Assembly (NCBI GenBank): GCA_045656825.1 | Contig: JAZORY010000031.1 | Span: 477 to 64,476, forward strand | Length of the DNA stretch: 64,000 bases | Direction: 5' to 3' | Source of the DNA: Candidatus Avispirillum sp. | GTDB taxonomy: Bacteria; Bacillota; Clostridia; Oscillospirales; CAG-272 | Part shown: positions 17,483-26,743 of the stretch, one piece after another | How positions within the stretch are numbered: position 1 is the first letter of the stretch | How the letters are laid out: each line of letters opens with the position of its first letter | The notes under the pieces: model-generated | Told to the model about the DNA's origin: nothing | The model's database searches: none | The model's input: the letters and a program-made list of their open reading frames with translations, nothing else | Made by a program: the position numbers and the translations under genes

Positions 17483-18240
17483 AGTCCCAGACCTCCGATC
17501 ACCAGAGCTGAAAGGAAATATCCGGCTGCAATAGATAGCGCGATAAGAATAACCTCGCATAGTCTGAGCATGCCCGCCATAATATCTCCGCTGATTAGAT
17601 CGCGAAGGGAATTGGTAAGACCAACTCCGGGAATCAGTAGCATGATATTGCCGATAACAATGTTGTCGATAGAATCACCGCAAATGTGATTAACACAAAT
17701 AAAGGCAAGGAAGCACATAGCAAAGGATGCTATGAGACTTGAAAATACCTGATTTACCTTTGATGCATTTATCAGATAAACTATCATTCTGAGGATAAGA
17801 CCGATAATAAATGAAACGGCTCCGTCAGTAAAGCTTCCGCCGAAGAAAACTGTAAAAGCTCCTGCTGTTGCGCCGTATGTTAGACATTCAAACCAGAAGG
17901 GATACCTTTTGGAGCTTTTAATTTGCTTTATTCTTTCGTGAACCTCTTCGAGAGGCGGTCTTTTGGTGCACATTTCTCTTGAAAGCTGATTCAGCTTGTC
18001 AAGCTTTGATAAGTCCGTTTTGTAGGACGAAATGCGGCGTGTCTGAGTAATATTTCTGTGTTCATTATCTTCAACGGTTGCAACGATGCTTGACGTTATT
18101 GTAAAAACGTCGATTCGCTTCATTCCGTATGAAGTGCAAATTCTTTTGATGCAGTCTTCAACTCTGTAAATTTCAGCGCCGCCGATAAGCATCTGCTCGC
18201 CGATATCAAGAGCGCAAGACAAAAGGAAGCTTGAATCCAT
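17479..18240 (-). CDS. Threonine/serine exporter ThrE family, large subunit (YjjP-like)
   Basis: GEQMLIGGAEIYRVED, LNQLSRE, LLIPGVGLTNSLRDLISGD; GGAGG RBS before ATG 18240. Confidence 0.88.
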   Translation of the reverse strand: MDSSFLLSCALDIGEQMLIGGAEIYRVEDCIKRICTSYGMKRIDVFTITSSIVATVEDNEHRNITQTRRISSYKTDLSKLDKLNQLSREMCTKRPPLEEVHERIKQIKSSKRYPFWFECLTYGATAGAFTVFFGGSFTDGAVSFIIGLILRMIVYLINASKVNQVFSSLIASFAMCFLAFICVNHICGDSIDNIVIGNIMLLIPGVGLTNSLRDLISGDIMAGMLRLCEVILIALSIAAGYFLSALVIGGLGL

Positions 18241-18309
18241 ATAACCTCCCGAAAAAAGTTTATAGGACAATTGTATCACGATTTGATTTTTTTCGCAATA
18301 GAAATATAA

Positions 18310-18336
18310 AAAACGAGGTGTTGAACACCTCGTTTT
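18310..18336 (-). terminator. Intrinsic terminator after the DUF3048 gene
   Basis: AAAACGAGGTGTT-g-AACACCTCGTTTT. Confidence 0.7.
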
Positions 18337-18341
18337 ATAAA

Positions 18342-19499
18342 TTATTTTTCAAAAGAATCAGTGTTGTCGTCGAAAACAACCTCATCCATATTAGCCTTGT
18401 TAACTACGTTGATCATAGTCTTACCGCGGTTGAATTCAACCTCAGTGCCGTCTTCGTAGTAGTACTTGATGGGAGAATCTGTTGTTTCCTTTTCCCACTT
18501 GATAGATGCATATGTACCGTTTGTGATGTAATAGCCTTCGCCTTCGCCTGTTGTATCCATCCAGAGTCTGTTCTTTTCATCGCCGTTGATAATACCGGAG
18601 TCGTTGAACATAAGGATAACGTTTGTGAAAGAAAGCTGTGTTTCTGTATCGCAGTCCATGTGCTTGTCGCCGTGATACTGATAGCGGAGGTATGTGGATG
18701 TTGCTTCATCATAAACGTAGTCAACGTACTGGTAGTTGGAAACGTTTACGCCGATGTGAGTTGCAGTTGAGCCAAGTGTTGTAACTTCATCCCAGGGCTT
18801 GAATACCATAGGTGCTTCAGCGTCCTCTTCCTTCTCAGTTCTGTACTTGAGAGAGTCGATAGCAGCCTTAAGAGCTTCGCCGCCCTGCATGAAGAGAGTG
18901 TGCTCACTGGCAACGCCTGCTGCAAGACGCTCAGCATCGCGAGCGAAAGTGCCCTTAGGAGAGGGACCGTTTACGCCGTCAATGTGATCTGTGTTTCTGC
19001 TGGCAAGTGTGTCGTAAGCGTATGTGCTTCCGCCTGCATGAACGAAGATGGAGTCAAAGCCGTCAGCAAAGTCGATGTAGTAGTCTCTTGCGCTACGAAC
19101 GGAGCCAACCTTGGGAAGAAACTCGTATTCTGTGGAGAGCATCATAAGTCTTGTGATACCGCCTTCAGCAAGACATTCAAAAAGGATGTCTGCCTTGGAA
19201 ATACCGGACTGGGGAAGACTTGCCTTAACGTTGTTAACCATAATGGCAACGGGGCGTCTGTTGTTAACGTCAACGCCTGCTGCAAGACCTGTCAGGGGAT
19301 TGATGTATTCAGGCTCGCCTGTTGAGGGATCTGTTTCAGGTGCTTCTGTAACGGGTTCTGTTTCGGGAGCTTTAGTTTCAGGAGCTTCTGTTGTTTCGGG
19401 AGCTGTTGTTTCATCAGTCTGGTCGTCTTTTCTACAAGCACAAAGAGAGAAAAGCATAACAGCTGCAAGAACAAAAGCAATAATTCTTACTTTTTTCAT
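18342..19499 (-). CDS. DUF3048 (YerB-like) lipoprotein
   Basis: Lipobox LCAC, then a TE/AP linker, NPLTGL, RPVAIMVNN, PQSG, EGGITR, GSVRSAR. Confidence 0.88.
   Translation of the reverse strand: MKKVRIIAFVLAAVMLFSLCACRKDDQTDETTAPETTEAPETKAPETEPVTEAPETDPSTGEPEYINPLTGLAAGVDVNNRRPVAIMVNNVKASLPQSGISKADILFECLAEGGITRLMMLSTEYEFLPKVGSVRSARDYYIDFADGFDSIFVHAGGSTYAYDTLASRNTDHIDGVNGPSPKGTFARDAERLAAGVASEHTLFMQGGEALKAAIDSLKYRTEKEEDAEAPMVFKPWDEVTTLGSTATHIGVNVSNYQYVDYVYDEATSTYLRYQYHGDKHMDCDTETQLSFTNVILMFNDSGIINGDEKNRLWMDTTGEGEGYYITNGTYASIKWEKETTDSPIKYYYEDGTEVEFNRGKTMINVVNKANMDEVVFDDNTDSFEK
19325..19415 (-). repeat. Degenerate (T/K)EAPET linker repeats
   Basis: TTAPETTEAPETKAPETEPVTEAPETDP. Confidence 0.6.
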
Positions 19500-19531
19500 A
19501 AGACTATATTTCCTTTCTATGTTGTTTGATT

Positions 19532-19852
19532 TTAGTTTGCAATAAGTCTTTCGAGCCAGATCATACCAAGCTCAAAGGCTTCGTAAAGACCGTTTTTAAG
19601 GTCCTGCTTAACAATTTTTTCACCATCGGAAAGTGAGGGATCTGTTTTCATAACCTGAACGATAACCTTATCGGGAACTGCTTTGCCCATATATTCCTTT
19701 TCGTTCATAATAATGAGGGAAAGAATATATTCATCGTCCATATTACCATAGATTATAGTATTTCCTTCGCGAACCAGAGGACGATCCTTATACATAAGGA
19801 ATTTTCCGTTAACAGTTGCTTCGCTGAGGATATCTTTTGTTACTTCACTCAT
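19532..19852 (-). CDS. Conserved hypothetical protein
   Basis: AGAAAGGA RBS before MSEVTKDIL...; own TTGACA-N17-TATTAT promoter at 19890-19918 on the minus strand. Confidence 0.7.
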   Translation of the reverse strand: MSEVTKDILSEATVNGKFLMYKDRPLVREGNTIIYGNMDDEYILSLIIMNEKEYMGKAVPDKVIVQVMKTDPSLSDGEKIVKQDLKNGLYEAFELGMIWLERLIAN

Positions 19853-19986
19853 GTTGATTTTCCTTTCTGTGTAAGTATATGCTTTTACTATAATACTACA
19901 AAACTTTGCCAATGTCAAGATACAGTTTGGTATACTTATGCCAAACACAACATATATTGTTATAAATAATTTAAGGAGAATATACA

Positions 19987-21135
19987 ATGAAAAGGATAAT
20001 CACCCTGATTTTGACAGGAAATTTGATTTTTTCACTAATTTCTTTCAGTAGTTATGCAGTTGAAGACAATACGCCTTTTGATCTGAAAGCCAAGAGCGCG
20101 GTCTTAATGGATGCAGACAGCGGTGAGATTATTTATGCTAAAAATGCAGAAAAAGCGCTACCACCCGCATCTGTAACTAAAATTATGACGTTGCTTCTCG
20201 TTATGGAAGCCATAGACCGTGGTGAGCTTAAGCTGAATGATATGATATCTGTCAGTGAAAATGCAGCTTCCATGGGAGGATCGCAGGTTTTTCTTGAGCC
20301 GGGTGAGGAAATGAGCGTCGACGAGCTACTCAAATGTGTTGTTGTTTCAAGTGCAAACGATGCGGCTGTCGCCCTTGCAGAGAGAGTTGCAGGAAGCGAG
20401 GCTTCCTTTGTAGCACGAATGAATGAAAGAGCTGATGAGCTTGGAATGAAAAACACTCATTTTGAAAACACAACGGGACTTGATGATAAGGTTGCAAATC
20501 ACACCATAAGTGCGCAAGATATTGCAATAGCATCCAGAGAGCTCATAACAAAGCATACGAAAATATTTGATTATACAACAATCTGGATGGATTCTATCAG
20601 AGGCGGTGAGTTCGGTCTTTCAAATACTAACAGGCTGATAAGATTTTATAAAGGCGCAACGGGGCTAAAAACGGGATCGACCTCAAAGGCTGGCTTTTGT
20701 ATCAGCGCAACAGCCAAGCGGGATGGGATGCACCTAATTGCAGTTATAATGGGATCATCCACAAGGGATGAAAGAAATGCTGCCGCAGCAACTCTGCTTG
20801 ATTGGGGATTTGCCACGTATTCAACGTATAAAGCGGAAGGCGGAAGTGCAGGTGAGATTAAACTTACAGGCGGAGAGGTAGAAACAATAAAAACGGAATA
20901 TCCGGAATTTTCAAAGCTTCTCGGAAGGGGTAAAGAGAAGAAAATCTCAAAGGAGATAAATTTACCTGATGCAGTTGCTGCTCCTATAAAAAAAGGAGAT
21001 AAAATAGGCAGCGTTAAATACCTTTGCGATGGTCAATTGATAGGAGAAATTGATATAATTGCATCAGAGGATGCAGATAAAATCTCGTACTGGGGAGTAC
21101 TTTGCAGATTTTGGCAAAATTACTGTATATTTTAG
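19987..21135 (+). CDS. dacF: D-alanyl-D-alanine carboxypeptidase (DacF-like, peptidase S11)
   Basis: PASVTK (SxxK), SAND (SxN), GLKTG; GGSQVFLEPGE and TIWMDSIRGGEFGLSNTNRL typical of DacF. Confidence 0.8.
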   Translation: MKRIITLILTGNLIFSLISFSSYAVEDNTPFDLKAKSAVLMDADSGEIIYAKNAEKALPPASVTKIMTLLLVMEAIDRGELKLNDMISVSENAASMGGSQVFLEPGEEMSVDELLKCVVVSSANDAAVALAERVAGSEASFVARMNERADELGMKNTHFENTTGLDDKVANHTISAQDIAIASRELITKHTKIFDYTTIWMDSIRGGEFGLSNTNRLIRFYKGATGLKTGSTSKAGFCISATAKRDGMHLIAVIMGSSTRDERNAAAATLLDWGFATYSTYKAEGGSAGEIKLTGGEVETIKTEYPEFSKLLGRGKEKKISKEINLPDAVAAPIKKGDKIGSVKYLCDGQLIGEIDIIASEDADKISYWGVLCRFWQNYCIF

Positions 21136-21226
21136 CAAAATAAATCGTTAAAAGACCTTGAAAAAATGATAAAAATGTAGTAATATAAAAATGATGAGTT
21201 AAAACACGTAAACGGAGGACCCCATA

Positions 21227-22573
21227 ATGGCTCTTAAACTTAATAATGAATTTGTTCGCGGCTTTGTAGCAGATGCGGATGTAGAGGCTATTCGCCCCGA
21301 GGTAGAAAAGGCTCTTGCAACAGTACAGAACAAGGATGGCGCAGGTAACGATTTCCTTGGCTGGTACGATCTTCCTGTAAACTACGATCGTGAAGAATAT
21401 GATAGAATAAAGGCAGCGGCAGAAAGAATCAAGAATATGTGCGACGTTCTTATCGTTATCGGTATCGGCGGCTCATATCTTGGTGCACGTGCTGCAATTG
21501 AATATATTCAGGGCAATCTTTATAACAACGTTGCAAAGGACACTCCTGATATCTATTTCGCAGGTAACAGCATTTCAACTTCAGCTCTGAACGACCTTCT
21601 CAAAATCTGCGAAGGCAAGGACGTTTGTGTAAACGTTATTTCAAAGTCAGGCACAACAACTGAGCCTGCTGTTGTTTTCCGAGTTTTCCGCGATCTTCTT
21701 GTTAAGAAGTACGGCGAAGAGGAAGCAAAGAAGAGAATTTTTGCAACAACTGATAAGGCAAAGGGTAAGCTCAAGGAGCTTTCCGATAAGATCGGCTATG
21801 AAACCTTTGTTGTTCCTGATGACGTAGGCGGAAGATTTTCCGTTCTTACAGCAGTAGGTCTCCTTCCTATCGCTGTTGCAGGTGTTGATCTTGATGAGCT
21901 TATGAAGGGCGCTCAGGATGCAAGAAGCGAATATACAACAAAGCCTTTTGCTGAAAACGAATGTCTCAAGTATGCTGCATATAGAAACGTGCTTGAAAGA
22001 GGCGGTAAGACAACTGAGATTCTCGTTGCATACGAGCCTTCTGCACAGATGCTCTGCGAATGGTGGAAGCAGCTTTACGGCGAAAGCGAAGGCAAGGATA
22101 ATAAGGGCCTTTTCCCCGCATCCGTAATCTTCTCAACAGACCTTCACTCTCTTGGTCAGTATATCCAGGAGGGCCAGAGAAATATCTTTGAAACTGTTCT
22201 TGATATTCAGGGCTCAAATGACACGATTTGCGTTCCCTTTGATGAAGCAAACTCTGATGGACTTAATTTCCTTGCAGGCAAAGAGATCCACGATATCAAC
22301 CGTACAGCAATGAAGGCAACACTTTATGCTCATATGGACGGCGGTGTACCCAATATCGTTGTTGAGGTTCCCGACAGAAGTGCATATTCATTTGGTTATA
22401 TGGTATACTTCTTCGAGCTTGCATGCGCAGTTTCCGGCTATACACTCGGAGTTAATCCCTTCAACCAGCCCGGTGTAGAAGAGTATAAGAAGAATATGTT
22501 TGCTCTTCTTGATAAGCCCGATCCTTCTCTTGACGCTCTTAAGGCTGAGCTTAAAGCAAGAATGGCTAAGTAA
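21227..22573 (+). CDS. pgi: Glucose-6-phosphate isomerase
   Basis: [43 protein letters not shown]. Confidence 0.97.
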   Translation: MALKLNNEFVRGFVADADVEAIRPEVEKALATVQNKDGAGNDFLGWYDLPVNYDREEYDRIKAAAERIKNMCDVLIVIGIGGSYLGARAAIEYIQGNLYNNVAKDTPDIYFAGNSISTSALNDLLKICEGKDVCVNVISKSGTTTEPAVVFRVFRDLLVKKYGEEEAKKRIFATTDKAKGKLKELSDKIGYETFVVPDDVGGRFSVLTAVGLLPIAVAGVDLDELMKGAQDARSEYTTKPFAENECLKYAAYRNVLERGGKTTEILVAYEPSAQMLCEWWKQLYGESEGKDNKGLFPASVIFSTDLHSLGQYIQEGQRNIFETVLDIQGSNDTICVPFDEANSDGLNFLAGKEIHDINRTAMKATLYAHMDGGVPNIVVEVPDRSAYSFGYMVYFFELACAVSGYTLGVNPFNQPGVEEYKKNMFALLDKPDPSLDALKAELKARMAK

Positions 22574-22585
22574 TAATGAGTATAT

Positions 22586-22617
22586 AAAATCCTGCATCTA
22601 TGATGCAGGATTTTTTT
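22586..22617 (+). terminator. Intrinsic terminator after pgi
   Basis: AAAATCCTGCATC-tat-GATGCAGGATTTTTTT. Confidence 0.8.
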
Positions 22618-22796
22618 CGTTTTCATAAAGATACTAAAATAGTATTGTTGATAATCTATTACGAAACATATGCAAAAGCTAATCTTTTTTATAAATATTT
22701 CATAAAAACTATTGCAATTTTTGTTAGGGTAATGTATAATAAGCACATCAGTAGTAATGCTGAAAGGCAATAATAGATTAAACGGAGGACTTACCC

Positions 22797-23198
22797 ATGC
22801 TGAAAGTTATTATCGGCGTAAAAGGAACAGGCAAAACAAAACAGCTTATTGAGATGGTTAATCAGTCACTTGATTCAACAAAGGGTGATGTGGTTTGTAT
22901 AGAAAAAGGCGATAAACTCCGATTTGAGGTTAAGCCCCAGTGCAGACTTATTAATACAAAAGAATATGCTATTGACGATGCTGAGGATCTGTACGGTTTC
23001 GTAGCAGGTATTCTTGCAAGCAACAACGACGTAACTGATCTTTACGTAGACTCCGCGCTTAAGATCTGCCGCGATGACGTTGCAAAGTTTGATATCTTCC
23101 TTGATAAGGTAGCAGCTCTCGTTAACGACGTAAATTGCTTCATGACAATTTCCATGCCCGCAGAGAACGCAACAGACGTTATCAAGAAGTATCTCTAA
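22797..23198 (+). CDS. Conserved small clostridial P-loop protein
   Basis: IIGVKGTGKTK Walker A-like motif; GGAGG RBS; TTGCAA-N17-TATAAT at 22712-22740. Confidence 0.7.
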   Translation: MLKVIIGVKGTGKTKQLIEMVNQSLDSTKGDVVCIEKGDKLRFEVKPQCRLINTKEYAIDDAEDLYGFVAGILASNNDVTDLYVDSALKICRDDVAKFDIFLDKVAALVNDVNCFMTISMPAENATDVIKKYL

Positions 23199-23209
23199 TA
23201 CTTAAAATT

Positions 23210-23238
23210 AAAAGCACTCCGAAAGGAGTGCTTTTTTT
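23210..23238. terminator. Bidirectional terminator
   Basis: AAAAGCACTCC-gaaa-GGAGTGCTTTTTTT. Confidence 0.8.
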
Positions 23239-23248
23239 GTGCTTAAAC

Positions 23249-24376
23249 TTACTCTTCAGTGATATTGATGCTAACGCCGTTTACGGTAACCTCATCCTCT
23301 GCGCGAATCATTATGTATTTTGTTCCGTCGATGATCTCGGTTTTAATAAGATCGGGACGCTCGGGATTAACCTTTATAACAACGTCGGGAGTTTTAACCT
23401 CAAACTGTTTTGTGTTGATGATGTTTTTGGGAGGAACCTCGGCTCTTTTGCCGAAGCTTTTATCAAACTGTTCGTCGAATGCAGTTATTTTTTCTTCTGC
23501 AACACCGCAGTCGGTAAGCACGTTTTTAACTGTTGCCTTGGAAATAAGAAGGGGCTCACGCACCTTTGCTGCCTTGTGCTCGTCAACCATAGTGCAGATC
23601 TTTTCGTGAACTGCCTGAACAATTTCCATATTACATTCGTTTGCAACGGTGTCTCCAAGGACAGCCTCAAAGGTTTCCTTCTGGATTGATGCTGGCATAG
23701 GGGGCTCACTTTTGAAAACCTTGTCTATAAATTCGTCCTGGCTGTCGGAAGTATTTCTTGTATAAAGAAGAGCACCGTAAATATTGGCAGCTCTGTCATC
23801 AAAGGCAGGGAACATAAAGCCAAGCTCAGGATTTGAGATAACGGAATTTGCCGCAACTGAATGAAATTCATCGCCATAATAGCTGAGAGCAGGCTTGGTC
23901 AGCTTTATAGGGCAGATGGAGCAAAGGAAATAGGAGAAAACAGTAGCTGAATCCTCGTCCTTGGAGCCGTCTCCGCCGTAGCTGAAAACGTCGTATTTAT
24001 CGCTTGCAAGCAGAATCAGATAGCTGCCTTCAATTTGAACGCTTTCAATAATGGCTTTGTAAAGCTTGTCAACTGCTTCGTCATTTTCAAGGGAGCTTGA
24101 ACGAAGCTCTGAAAGAAGCTTGTGCTCATCTCCTGAAACAACCTGATGAGTGGAAAATTCAATATCTATAAGATTCTTTCCGAGACCTCCGGAAAGGGTC
24201 TTTTTTATTATGGCCAGAAGCTCTTCCGTTTCGATTTCATTGAGCATAGCAAGAGAAGAGTTAAAAGTAGAAAGAATTTCTCTCTGCTCTGTAACGTAGC
24301 AACCGCGGATTCTCTGGATACTTGTCTTGTCGGGCGTTATTCTTCGGCGAAGCTCGCCTATTTCTTTTTCGTTCAT
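23249..24376 (-). CDS. DUF4317 family protein
   Basis: MNEKEIGELRRR, IRGCYV, KKTLSG, LCSICP, GFMFPAFDDRAANI; AGGAGG RBS. Confidence 0.82.
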   Translation of the reverse strand: MNEKEIGELRRRITPDKTSIQRIRGCYVTEQREILSTFNSSLAMLNEIETEELLAIIKKTLSGGLGKNLIDIEFSTHQVVSGDEHKLLSELRSSSLENDEAVDKLYKAIIESVQIEGSYLILLASDKYDVFSYGGDGSKDEDSATVFSYFLCSICPIKLTKPALSYYGDEFHSVAANSVISNPELGFMFPAFDDRAANIYGALLYTRNTSDSQDEFIDKVFKSEPPMPASIQKETFEAVLGDTVANECNMEIVQAVHEKICTMVDEHKAAKVREPLLISKATVKNVLTDCGVAEEKITAFDEQFDKSFGKRAEVPPKNIINTKQFEVKTPDVVIKVNPERPDLIKTEIIDGTKYIMIRAEDEVTVNGVSINITEE

Positions 24377-24482
24377 TGTGTGCCTCCTACCCTTAAGTAT
24401 GGACTTATATTCTATCATTTTTTTCATAGGTTTACAAGTGTTTTCAGGAGAATGATGCAAAAGTGCAACAAAGCATCAATAT

Positions 24483-24534
24483 GGGGAGAAATGAAGAAAA
24501 GAGAAGGCTATAATGTGCACAGACTTTGCAAAGT
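24483..24534 (+). promoter_or_regulatory. Candidate promoter/operator of the virion-gene operon
   Basis: TATAAT at 24509-24514 with a non-consensus -35 region (GGGGAGAAA); perfect palindrome ACTTTGCAAAGT at 24523-24534. Confidence 0.45.
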
Positions 24535-24562
24535 TCAAAAATACAGCAGAAAGGCACGGTTT

Positions 24563-25117
24563 ATGAAAGAAAACGAAACATTTGCAGAAGAGAAGGAGAG
24601 CAACGTAGAGAGAACGGCGCTCGAAGATCTTTTGCAGGAGCTTTCCGAGGAGCTTGACTGTAAGGACAGTTCTCCCGAGGAAATTCGTCGTGCGATTAAG
24701 AAAAGAAAGCTCAAAAAAATGCTTCAGGAGAAGGCGAAAGAAAATTCAAATCAAAAAAGATGCAGGTCTCGTCTTTTGGAGGCGAAGTCATTCGAAGAAG
24801 CAAATCCCAAGTTTGAGCTTCAGACAGAGCTGAAAAATCCTCTTTTTGCAGAGCTGCTCAGGTGCGGAGTTGATCTGGAGAGTGCATATAGCTTTGTTCA
24901 TCGCGACGAGATTATTGAAAAAATCAAGCTGGAGGCTGAACAAACAGGCTACGAAAAAGCTGTTGCGCATCTGCGCTCCGGCGCTCTTCGTCCGGAAGAA
25001 AACGGACTCAGAGAGCAAGGCGGAATATCGGAAAAGAAAAACGTTGCTAATTTAACAGGTGGCGGAATCAGGGATATTCTTCGCAAGGTTGAAAAAGGAG
25101 CAAAAGTTAAATTCTGA
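24563..25117 (+). CDS. Putative capsid scaffolding protein
   Basis: AGAAAGG RBS; charged helical protein directly before the capsid gene, with PKFEL..ELKNP.FA.LL..GV...AY..VH.DEI...RPEENG...KVEKGAKVKF C-terminus. Confidence 0.65.
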   Translation: MKENETFAEEKESNVERTALEDLLQELSEELDCKDSSPEEIRRAIKKRKLKKMLQEKAKENSNQKRCRSRLLEAKSFEEANPKFELQTELKNPLFAELLRCGVDLESAYSFVHRDEIIEKIKLEAEQTGYEKAVAHLRSGALRPEENGLREQGGISEKKNVANLTGGGIRDILRKVEKGAKVKF

Positions 25118-25134
25118 AAATGAAAGGAAAAATT

Positions 25135-26481
25135 ATGGAAAGAAACACTATGGTTGATCTTCAGCTTTTTGCAGCAGGCGAGATTGTAAACGGAACCGAG
25201 GCATATGTAAATGCCAATACAGCATCATCTGATGCTTATACGGAGGGTAATGCAGGACTTTCTGCGGAAATGAAGACCTTCTACGATAAAACACTTATTG
25301 AGCTTGCAAGCCCTAATCTTGTGTTTGATCAGTTTGCCCAGAAGCGTCCTATTCCCAGAAACGGCGGTAAGTCTATTGAATTTAGAAGATTCAACAGTCT
25401 TCCCAAGGCCATTCGCCCTATAACAGAGGGTGTAACTCCCACAGGCAGCAAGCTTACAGTAACACCCGTCAGCGCAACTGTTGACCAGTACGGAGACTAC
25501 GTTGAGCTGACAGATATGCTTGAGTTAACAAGTGTTGACCCCGTTGTAGTAGAAGCAACAAGACAGCTTGCCGATCAGGCTGGCAGAACTGTCGACACAG
25601 TAGTACGTAATCAGATCATGGGCGGAACTAACGTAAATTATTGTCCCTCAGTAGATGAGAACGGTGTTGAAACAGAGGTTACAAGCCGAGCTCAGCTTGA
25701 CGAGTCCTGTAAGCTGCGTGTGCGCGACGTATTCAAGGCAGCAGCACAGCTCAGAGCAATGAATGCGCCTACAATTGATGGCTCATACGTAGCCGTTATC
25801 CATCCCTACGTAGCTTTTGACCTTATGCAGGATGCAGAAGGTCAGTGGGTAGATATTCAGAAGTATGCAAAGCCTGAAAATATCCTTAACGGTGAGATCG
25901 GCACTCTCGGTGGTGTACGCTTTGTTCAGTCCTCCGAGGCAAAGATCTTCTATGGTAAGGATCTATCTGAAAACTCCAGAAACCTTACAGTTTCTGCATT
26001 TAAGTCTGATGCAAACGATGGTCCTGCCACTGCTGGTGAGTCTTCTCCTTACAGAGTAACAGTTAACGAGACTATTTCAAATGATCTTGTTGGCAGAAAG
26101 ATCATCTATAAGGGCAAGAATGGCAATGTTACAGCAACGATCGTTGGCGTAATTTTTGGTGCAAAGTATATCTATCTTGATCATTGTGATGGTATTACTT
26201 ATACAGCAGGTGATACAATTTGTCCCGGTGAGGGTGCCGCTGACGGCGGAGCCGCATTTGCAACTCTCTTTATCGGCGCTAACGCTTACGGTACAACCGA
26301 TATCGCAGGTGGCGGTATTGAGCATATTGTGAAGCAGAAGGGTTATGGTAACGACCCCCTTAATCAGCGCTCTTCCGTAGGCTGGAAGGCTTCCAAGGTT
26401 GCTTGTCGTCTTGTAGAGGAATATATGCTCAGAGTAGAAAGCTCTTCTTCTTTTGCGGCATCCGTAATGGAGGAAAACTGA
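25135..26481 (+). CDS. Major capsid protein, N4-gp56 family
   Basis: LQLFA N-terminus, LSAEMKTFYDKTLI, K.IEFRRF, TEGVTP, QYGDY, YVAVIHP, GEIG..GGVRFV, DPLNQRSSVGWK. Confidence 0.9.
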   Translation: MERNTMVDLQLFAAGEIVNGTEAYVNANTASSDAYTEGNAGLSAEMKTFYDKTLIELASPNLVFDQFAQKRPIPRNGGKSIEFRRFNSLPKAIRPITEGVTPTGSKLTVTPVSATVDQYGDYVELTDMLELTSVDPVVVEATRQLADQAGRTVDTVVRNQIMGGTNVNYCPSVDENGVETEVTSRAQLDESCKLRVRDVFKAAAQLRAMNAPTIDGSYVAVIHPYVAFDLMQDAEGQWVDIQKYAKPENILNGEIGTLGGVRFVQSSEAKIFYGKDLSENSRNLTVSAFKSDANDGPATAGESSPYRVTVNETISNDLVGRKIIYKGKNGNVTATIVGVIFGAKYIYLDHCDGITYTAGDTICPGEGAADGGAAFATLFIGANAYGTTDIAGGGIEHIVKQKGYGNDPLNQRSSVGWKASKVACRLVEEYMLRVESSSSFAASVMEEN

Positions 26482-26482
26482 T

Positions 26483-26680
26483 ATGGATAAGATGATGGAG
26501 ATTTTTATTCCCAGAAGAAACAAAGCAGACACTGAGCGTTACGTTGCGGTAAATGGTGAGAATATGCTTGTTCAGACAGGAAAGGTTGTCAGTATTCCTG
26601 CGCGCTTCGCAGAGGTGATTCTTGAAAGTCAGCGTTGCGATATGCTTGCAGAAAGATTTATTGAAGCAAATTCAAACTAA
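26483..26680 (+). CDS. Small phage-like protein following the capsid gene
   Basis: GGAGG RBS; YVAVNGEN..V..GK.V.IP..FAEVI; translationally coupled to the capsid gene. Confidence 0.7.
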   Translation: MDKMMEIFIPRRNKADTERYVAVNGENMLVQTGKVVSIPARFAEVILESQRCDMLAERFIEANSN

Positions 26681-26695
26681 ATCACGTAATAAAAG

Positions 26696-26724
26696 AGCTG
26701 CCTGCGGTTTTCCCGCAGGCAGCT
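26696..26724 (+). terminator. Post-capsid hairpin (attenuator or mRNA stabiliser)
   Basis: AGCTGCCTGCGG-ttttc-CCGCAGGCAGCT, 12-bp stem without a long U-tract. Confidence 0.65.
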
Positions 26725-26743
26725 TCATAGGATAGGAGGAAAT

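Noticed and set aside
24146..24562. N-terminal extension of the 323-aa ORF in the ORF track
   Set aside because: It overlaps the DUF4317 gene on the opposite strand and the intergenic promoter; the RBS supports ATG 24563
25135..26481. Encapsulin nanocompartment
   Set aside because: The motifs are those of N4-gp56 phage capsids and the gene sits with scaffold- and tail-like genes, not a cargo enzyme
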